A DNA stretch of 64,000 nt from Candidatus Latescibacterota bacterium (GTDB lineage: Bacteria > Latescibacterota > UBA2968 > UBA8231): assembly GCA_965215195.1 (NCBI GenBank), contig CBDCDC010000001.1:704001-768000 (forward strand). Reading direction: 5' to 3'. Below are positions 57,795 through 64,000 of this stretch, piece by piece. Position 1 is the stretch's first letter; each line of letters begins with the position of its first letter. The notes under the pieces are model-generated. The model saw only the letters and a program-made list of their open reading frames with translations, had not been told where the DNA came from and searched no databases. The translations under genes and the position numbers were made by a program.

Positions 57795-58928
57795 CTAGGA
57801 TGGTTCGCGACGTGCCGCCCACTGCTTTTTCATCTGCTCCATCTCCCCATTCAGCGCGATTGTCCCACTGGTGATTTGATTCTCCGAATCGTACAACCAG
57901 CGGCCCTGATTGGCGCGCAAGACGGGCATGCGCTGGGCGACCGCCGGGGGTTCGGCCACGCGAGTGGGTTCGGCCGCGTACCAGTAGGCGACGCTGCTCA
58001 TCTCGTTGCAGAGGTGATTGCCGTGGCCGTGTTCGATGGTGGCCTTGATTTCCCGCTCGAAGTGAACCGGGTTTTCGAGATGGTGGACGTACGAGGTCTG
58101 GTAGCCGTTGGTGTTGTCTTCGTGGATGGAGGAACCGTTGCGCAAAAAGGCGTTGTCCTGCATGCCCCAAGCCTGATTGAGGTAGTCCTCGCTGCCGGTG
58201 CCGTGCAGTTCGGGGGGCCACTTGTACCCATCGACCCAGATCATGTCGTCGCCCTCGCCCCACCAAGTGCCTTGGAAGTTGGTGACGCTGATGTTGCAGC
58301 CGATGTAGTGGCCGCGCCCTTGGGTCTCCAAGATGACGTAGTTGTTGTCCCAAGCAGTTTGTTCCTTGTTGGCGATGTTGGCCTCTGGCGCGTTGACGCG
58401 GATTTCGTGGCCCCAGCCGCCAAAGGGGTTTTCGCGGCGGAACTCGGCGTGAAAGTACCCGGCCTCGCCCGGCACGTGGCCGGTTTCGTAATCGACGTAG
58501 AAGTACTGGCGGTGCCGTTCGCTACTCTCGTTGACCAGCTCGACGACCGCTCGCTGGCGGAAGGGCATTTGCGCGTAGGCGTTGAGGGCGCAGCCGGCGT
58601 TGAAGCGATTGTTGCTGCGCGTCGAAGCCGAAAAGAGCAAAGACTGGTAGGAGTTGACAATGCCGTGGCCGAGGCCAAAGAAATCGCCCAAGGGGCAGAC
58701 CACGCTGGGATAGTCTGCGTCGTCGTAGGTGATCTTGAGCAAGCACTCTCGGTAGTGGTTGGCTTGGGTCAGCCAGAGGTGGGTGATGCGGCCGGGGCCT
58801 TGGAGGTCGGCGAGGATTGCGCTCTCGCCGGGTTCGATCCACCAAGCGTCGCTGTTGCGGCCGGTTTCGTCCCAAGAGGAGGCGCGCCCGGTTTGGGCCG
58901 TGCGGATATGGGCGAGTTGGTCGAGCAT
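57795..58928 (-). CDS. DUF2961 (GH172-like) protein
   Basis: GPGRITHLW, PLGDFFG, WWGEGD, GTGSEDY. Confidence 0.88.
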   Translation of the reverse strand: MLDQLAHIRTAQTGRASSWDETGRNSDAWWIEPGESAILADLQGPGRITHLWLTQANHYRECLLKITYDDADYPSVVCPLGDFFGLGHGIVNSYQSLLFSASTRSNNRFNAGCALNAYAQMPFRQRAVVELVNESSERHRQYFYVDYETGHVPGEAGYFHAEFRRENPFGGWGHEIRVNAPEANIANKEQTAWDNNYVILETQGRGHYIGCNISVTNFQGTWWGEGDDMIWVDGYKWPPELHGTGSEDYLNQAWGMQDNAFLRNGSSIHEDNTNGYQTSYVHHLENPVHFEREIKATIEHGHGNHLCNEMSSVAYWYAAEPTRVAEPPAVAQRMPVLRANQGRWLYDSENQITSGTIALNGEMEQMKKQWAARREPS

Positions 58929-58941
58929 GAAGTACTCCTTT

Positions 58942-60156
58942 CTAAGCCTTGACGTTGCCCGTCTTTTGCACCTGCTCATAAATCCGGGCGAATTCTTCAG
59001 ATCCGTCGTCGTTCCAGACCTCGCTCCGTACGCCGCGCACATTGCCCTCGACAAAGCCGGTCAGCCGTGCGACCGCCGAGATGCTCGGGGTGTAGTACGT
59101 GGTGCCGCCGGGCAGGTGCAAGATGCCGACGTGGCGCGGCAGCTCGCTCTTGGGCCGTGCGGCTAGCTCGGCCAATATGCGCTCATCCACCTCCACGCCC
59201 AGTCCCGGCCCTTCGGGCACGGGCGTGCTGCCCTCGCTGACTTCGAGGCGGCCGCCGGTCACGTCCTCGGCGTACTGGTCGTCTAAGTTGGTCGAATGCG
59301 AGACATTGGGCATGACCGCGCCCAAGTGCATGGCCATGGCCTTGCACAGGGTGCCGCCGGTGAGCTGGACCACGGTCGAGAGGCCGGCGGCCGCCGCCGC
59401 CAAGCCCCGGCGCATGGAGTGGCCAATGCCCATTTCGCCGATCATGTAGAGGTCGGCCACATCCCGCTGCATCTCCGGGCCGCCCCCGAGCTGGGGCACG
59501 TGCATCAAAAGTGGCAGGGAGGTCTTGGCGCGCAACAGGCGCCAGCCCTCGATGTCGTAGGGATAGAGCGGATCTTCCAAAAAGCCGACGACCGGAAATT
59601 TTTCCAGCTCATCGACGATGCGCAGCACGGCCGTAGCGGGCCGATTGTGGTTGAAGTCCCAGTGGACCTTAAAGCCGGGCGGCGCGACTTCTTGGGCGGC
59701 GCGCGTCTGCTCGATCACGTCGTGGTGTTCGGCCGAGTGCATCTTGAAGATGGTGTAGCCCTCTTGGGCGGCGCGCTGGATTTCGCCGGCAAAGTCCTCG
59801 GGAGCGGCCGGCCGGGTCCACGCCGCCACGGGTACGCGGTCGCGGACCTTCTGGCCCAACAGCTTGTACGCCGGCTCTTCAATGGCCTTGCCCATGGCGT
59901 CGTACAGCGCACCCATCAGGCCGGTGTTGAGCGCACCGGCGACGTAGTTGAACGGCGATTGGTCGATCATGGCTGCGATCTGCCCTGTGCCCAGCGAGGC
60001 GTGGCCGCGCCCGTCGCCATAGCCCACGACGCCGTTGTCGAGGGTTACGCGGAAGACGGTCTGGGTGTCGATGCCGGCGAAGCGGACCTCGTGGCCTTGG
60101 TAGCGGTCGCAGAGGCGCGGGTTGAGGTGGAAAAATTCGACGTTGGTGATTTTCAT
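58942..60156 (-). CDS. mandelate racemase/muconate lactonising enzyme family protein
   Basis: KMH, DFN, EDP, VPEGPGLGVEVD; paralogue of 22123..23391. Confidence 0.85.
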   Translation of the reverse strand: MKITNVEFFHLNPRLCDRYQGHEVRFAGIDTQTVFRVTLDNGVVGYGDGRGHASLGTGQIAAMIDQSPFNYVAGALNTGLMGALYDAMGKAIEEPAYKLLGQKVRDRVPVAAWTRPAAPEDFAGEIQRAAQEGYTIFKMHSAEHHDVIEQTRAAQEVAPPGFKVHWDFNHNRPATAVLRIVDELEKFPVVGFLEDPLYPYDIEGWRLLRAKTSLPLLMHVPQLGGGPEMQRDVADLYMIGEMGIGHSMRRGLAAAAAGLSTVVQLTGGTLCKAMAMHLGAVMPNVSHSTNLDDQYAEDVTGGRLEVSEGSTPVPEGPGLGVEVDERILAELAARPKSELPRHVGILHLPGGTTYYTPSISAVARLTGFVEGNVRGVRSEVWNDDGSEEFARIYEQVQKTGNVKA

Positions 60157-60292
60157 GGATGGGCTCCTAGGTAATAGCGCATAGATAAGCTCAGCGAGAG
60201 CGATGCTCTTCCCGGGCCGCTTCAGTTGCGGCCTCGAGGCGATTGCGAAGTTGAAGGCTGCAAGTGTCGAGATAGACTCTCATGCTTGGAGG

Positions 60293-61678
60293 CTACAAGC
60301 CACTCAGGATTTTGCCGGGGTTCATAAGGTTGTCCGGGTCAAGTGCTCTTTTGATGCGGCGCATGATCTCGACGCCCGGGCCGCACTCGGCTTCAAGCGC
60401 GTCGATCTTGCCCAAGCCGATGCCGTGTTCGCCGGTACAGGTTCCACCGGCTTGGAGTGCCCACTCGACGATCTGCTCGCCCAGCCGCTGCACCTGCGCC
60501 AGTTCCGCGGCATTGCCCGGCTCGATGAGGCAGACGACGTGGAAGTTGCCGTCGCCGACGTGGCCGAAGAGCGGCGCGGGAAAGCTAAGGTCGGCCAGCG
60601 CGGCCCGCGTCTGGTGGATGCAGCGGGCGAGGGCCGTAATCGGCACGCAGACATCGGTTACATAGCCGACCGAACCGGGGCGGAGCGCACGCGAAGCGTA
60701 ATAGGCATCGTAGCGCGCCTGCCACAAGCGGTCGCGCTCGCCCGCGGCCGTGGCCCAGCGGAAGGGACCGCCGCCGTGCCGGGCCACGTGCATACCGGCG
60801 GTTTCAGCTTGTTCGACAACCCCTTTTTCCGAGCCGTGAAATTCAAAAAAGAGCGTCGGTGCCACCTCGTAATCAAGGCCCGCGTATTGGTTGCAGGCCT
60901 GCATTTGCACTTCGTCGAGCAATTCGAGCCGTGCGACCGGGACCCCCTCGCTCAAGACGTCAATGGCGGCGGCGACGGCCGTGTCGAGGTCGGCAAAGGG
61001 GCAGATGGCTGCGGAGATGGCCGCTGGCCGCCGGGCTAGGCGCAGGGTCACTTCGGCGATTAGGGCCAGCGTCCCCTCGGAGCCTACCAGCAGGGCGGTC
61101 AGGTCGTAGCCGGCCGACGATTTGCGCGCCCGGCCGCCCACTTCGACGACAGTGCCATCGGCGCAGACGGCCTTGAGCCCCAAGACATTGTCGCGCATGG
61201 TGCCATAGCCAACCGCAGCGCTGCCGGAGGCGCGGGTGGCGGCCATGCCGCCCAAGGAGGCGTCGGCGCCGGGATCAACTGGAAAGTGCAGGCCGGTCCC
61301 TTGCGCCCGCAGATGTTCGTTGAGTTGCTGGCGAGTGACGCCGGCTTCGACCGTGGCGTCCATGTCGGCGGCACTGACGCGGAGGATGCGGTTCATGTGC
61401 GAGAGATCGACGCAAAGGCCGCCGCGCACGGCGACGATACCGCCTTCGACGGCCGTGCCGGTGCCAAAGGGCACAATCGGCACTTGGTGCGCGGTGCATA
61501 TCCGGGCGATCTGGGCTATTTCCGCAACGCTTGCGGGGAAAGCCACGGCCTGCGGCGGTTGCGGCGCGTGGTAGGAGGCGTCGGCCGCGTGGGCGCGGCG
61601 CACTTCAGAGGTGGTATTCAGGTGCGGGCCGAGGAGCGCACTCAGGGCCGACAGGGCTTGGGGGTTTATGGGGTTCAT
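60293..61678 (-). CDS. FAD-linked oxidase (D-lactate dehydrogenase/GlcD family)
   Basis: FPVDPG, GYDL..GSEGTL, GHVGDGNFH, GEHGIG, NPGK. Confidence 0.9.
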   Translation of the reverse strand: MNPINPQALSALSALLGPHLNTTSEVRRAHAADASYHAPQPPQAVAFPASVAEIAQIARICTAHQVPIVPFGTGTAVEGGIVAVRGGLCVDLSHMNRILRVSAADMDATVEAGVTRQQLNEHLRAQGTGLHFPVDPGADASLGGMAATRASGSAAVGYGTMRDNVLGLKAVCADGTVVEVGGRARKSSAGYDLTALLVGSEGTLALIAEVTLRLARRPAAISAAICPFADLDTAVAAAIDVLSEGVPVARLELLDEVQMQACNQYAGLDYEVAPTLFFEFHGSEKGVVEQAETAGMHVARHGGGPFRWATAAGERDRLWQARYDAYYASRALRPGSVGYVTDVCVPITALARCIHQTRAALADLSFPAPLFGHVGDGNFHVVCLIEPGNAAELAQVQRLGEQIVEWALQAGGTCTGEHGIGLGKIDALEAECGPGVEIMRRIKRALDPDNLMNPGKILSGL

Positions 61679-61732
61679 GGGCCGGTAATATGCCCAACGA
61701 CCGGGGGGCCGTCAAAGAAGAGCATACTACGA

Positions 61733-61944
61733 TCAGCCGCCGAGGAGGGCTTGGGGATCGCGGCGTACCGCGTCAACTACGTCGAGGTCGTCGAAGGAGA
61801 GAAAGCACCGTCTGCCCGGCGTGAGCTTCTGCGCGAGGGTGCTCTTTCCGTCTGGCGGGCACCGGTTACGACCACTGCCGGCATGACGCGGAGACGGTCG
61901 TCAAGGCCCGGCGCAACGAGGCGGGGAAGCGTAGTGTCTATCAT
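61733..61944 (-). pseudogene. AAA_14/DUF4143-type ATPase N-terminal stub, frameshifted in Walker A
   Basis: PAVVVTGARQT / KSTLAQ...LSFDDLD in two frames. Confidence 0.75.
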
Positions 61945-61947
61945 CTG

Positions 61948-61966
61948 CTTAATGATAATCATTCAC
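61948..61966. promoter_or_regulatory. Fur-box-like palindrome
   Basis: CTTAATGATAATCATTCAC, 15/19 match to GATAATGATAATCATTATC. Confidence 0.35.
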
Positions 61967-62066
61967 GCAGTGAATTAGAATTCAATGGGGTCAGAGGTTG
62001 CCTCTGGACGGCTCTGCGCCTTTTTCGCATTATCGTTTTCCACCCCCAACTGGAGCCTAAACCACT

Positions 62067-62441
62067 ATGTCGAACCCCTTTCTCAGCGCGGCCGCGAGCC
62101 GCCAGAACCGCCTAGACGAATCGTGGGGCCACCTAACTTGGTTGGCGGGCCGTTCGCAGGGCAATGTCGAGGGCCTCACCTTGGGCCGCGTCGTCCTCAA
62201 AGCCGGCCACGCCAACCCGCGCCACGCCCACCCCAATTGCGAAGAAGTGCTCTATGTGCTCGCTGGTCGCGTAGAGCATAGCTTGGGCGATCAGTCTTTC
62301 ACGCTGGAAGCTGGCGATACCCTCGCCATCCCAGCCGGCGTCTTCCACAATGGAATTAGCCTCGGCCCCGAAGACGCGGATGTGATCGTGGCCTACTCGG
62401 AAGGCGATCGCCAATTCGTCTTGGAAGAAGACTGCTCGTGA
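62067..62441 (+). CDS. cupin domain protein
   Basis: HAHPNCEEVLYV...GD..IPAGVFH. Confidence 0.88.
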   Translation: MSNPFLSAAASRQNRLDESWGHLTWLAGRSQGNVEGLTLGRVVLKAGHANPRHAHPNCEEVLYVLAGRVEHSLGDQSFTLEAGDTLAIPAGVFHNGISLGPEDADVIVAYSEGDRQFVLEEDCS

Positions 62442-62502
62442 CCGGCAGCGGCTACAACATGCTGACCCAAATACATCTGGACAAAGCCCAACTGCGCCTG
62501 CG

Positions 62503-63231
62503 ATGGACGCCTACACTCAAGCCGACCTACAGCGCCATTTAGAAGCCTTGGGCGTCGCAGCGGGGGATATGCTCTTTGTCCATTCCTCGTTCAAAAGTCT
62601 GGGGCCTGTCGCCGGAGGAGCGCAGGCTGTGGTTGATGCTCTCCAAGCTGCGGTCGGTCCCGACGGCCTCATCCTAATGCCTTCGTTTCATCTGATAGAG
62701 CGGAGTGAACGAGCGCGCCGTTGGGACTGGGCTACTACTCCTTCGACCGTGGGCTGGCTGAGCGAATTCTTTCGCCGCCTACCCGACACCTACCGTTCCG
62801 ACCACTACTCCCACTCGGTGGCGGCCCGAGGGCGAGGGGCGGCGGATTTCGTCGCGGATCACCGACGCCAGGAAGGCCATACTTCGTCGTGGGATCTGGC
62901 TCCTTGGGGACGGACTTACGGCACCCACTCTCCCATGTTCCGCGCCTATCGACGCGGCGGCAAAATCCTCATGCTGGGCGTTGATTACCGCACTTCCACT
63001 TACATCCATCTGGTCGAAGTGCTCTACTGGCATCGCTTGCGCCGCGCCGATCCCGAGGCCGCTTATCCCGCCTTGGACCGCCCGCTCCTGGGAGCGTATT
63101 GGGACGCTACTGGTCCACTGGCACGGGGCCTCGTCGGCGCGTCCCCGTGCCGGCTTTTTGCCATAGATACTTATGTCGATACCCTGCTGGCCGCGGTCGT
63201 GGCAACTCCCGAGCGCTACCGGCCTGACTAA
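62503..63231 (+). CDS. AAC(3)-family N-acetyltransferase
   Basis: VHSSFKSLG, LILMPSF, RSDHYSHS, TYIHLVE. Confidence 0.85.
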   Translation: MDAYTQADLQRHLEALGVAAGDMLFVHSSFKSLGPVAGGAQAVVDALQAAVGPDGLILMPSFHLIERSERARRWDWATTPSTVGWLSEFFRRLPDTYRSDHYSHSVAARGRGAADFVADHRRQEGHTSSWDLAPWGRTYGTHSPMFRAYRRGGKILMLGVDYRTSTYIHLVEVLYWHRLRRADPEAAYPALDRPLLGAYWDATGPLARGLVGASPCRLFAIDTYVDTLLAAVVATPERYRPD

Positions 63232-63320
63232 CCGCCATCCTCTAGCGGTGAAGGCGTAGATTCGCCTTTTTAGAGCAAACCGTGCGGCCGTTGCCGGCTC
63301 GGCCTCGCCTCTGCAAACGC

Positions 63321-64000
63321 TCACATCCGCATCCGCAGCATCGGCCGGCCAAAAGACACTTCGAGAAATGCTCCGGTGTGCGCCGAGCGCGTGCCCGGGG
63401 GCATGAAGTGGATGACAAAGGCGCGGCGCTGGCGATCGGTTTGGTTGGGCGGGGTGTAGTGTAGGGTTTGGCAGTGGTGGAAGAGCGCACCGCCCGCAGG
63501 CAAATCAACGATGGCGGCCTGCGCCTGATCCACGTGGTCGCCGTAGTTGAGCAAGGCACTGGTCTGCGCGGAGCGGTCGTGCCCGACGGGCGTCAAGTGC
63601 GAGCCGGGCAGCAGGTGCATGGCGCCGTTTTCCGCGGTTACATCGTCGAGCGTCATCCAGCAGCTAACCAAGTTGGCCGGCATACATTTCCAGTAGGCGT
63701 TGTCTTGGTGCCAAAAGACGGGGCCGCCGTGGCGGGCGGGTTTGTATAGGGCTTGGTCGTGGAAGAGCTGGATATTAGGGCCGATGAGGTCTTCGGCAAT
63801 GTCGAGGATGCGGGGGTCGTAGAGTAGTTGCCGGAAGTGGATGCTGCGCTCGCACATTTGCATGATCTGCAACATCTGCTCGGCGGCACTGTTCTTTTCG
63901 TCGAGATCGTCGGTGTCGCTGATGGACAGGTTGCGGAAGCGCCCGTTCTGGCGCGCCGCGGCAAAGAGGCGATCGTATTCATCGCCCAGCAAGGCGACGA
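63321..64000 (-). CDS. PhyH family dioxygenase (5' partial)
   Basis: WHQDNAYW, ENGAM..PGSH, HCQTLH. Confidence 0.88.
   Translation of the reverse strand, partial: VALLGDEYDRLFAAARQNGRFRNLSISDTDDLDEKNSAAEQMLQIMQMCERSIHFRQLLYDPRILDIAEDLIGPNIQLFHDQALYKPARHGGPVFWHQDNAYWKCMPANLVSCWMTLDDVTAENGAMHLLPGSHLTPVGHDRSAQTSALLNYGDHVDQAQAAIVDLPAGGALFHHCQTLHYTPPNQTDRQRRAFVIHFMPPGTRSAHTGAFLEVSFGRPMLRMRM

Noticed and set aside
62503-63231. aminoglycoside resistance gene
   Set aside because: Family-level match only; chromosomal metabolic context and substrate unknown

Overview
GC-rich bacterial chromosomal segment. Repeated PhyH dioxygenases, paralogous enolase-superfamily enzymes, TPR proteins and a DUF6785 transporter suggest a Latescibacterota/Poribacteria-like organism (inference only). 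Housekeeping and metabolic blocks alternate with accessory DNA. (1) The suf Fe-S operon (sufB...sufCDSU-sufT-rrf2) is split between sufB and sufC by a ~10.6-kb co-oriented DUF499/DUF1156 restriction-like defence cassette. (2) An AT-rich island (16.3-21.1 kb) encodes a CARF-type sigma54 activator. It is followed by a consensus -24/-12 promoter upstream of three unannotated microprotein ORFs (26, 52 and 24 aa), then a sigma70-type promoter and an ABC-ATPase + PLD-like nuclease pair. This is the best candidate for an undescribed system. (3) A nested IS5-in-IS5 element sits at a rearrangement junction between two truncated genes. (4) A Zn-finger/HNH/membrane protein is paired with a glycine-zipper protein. 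(5) A second, decayed helicase-DUF1156-DUF499 island (41.8-52.2 kb) is packed with TA and ATPase cargo, duplicated fragments and pseudogenes. Two MITE families, GTAG-type REPs and a heptamer tandem repeat are also present. No rRNA, tRNA or CRISPR array was recognised. Family assignments come from motif recognition by eye, not database searches.
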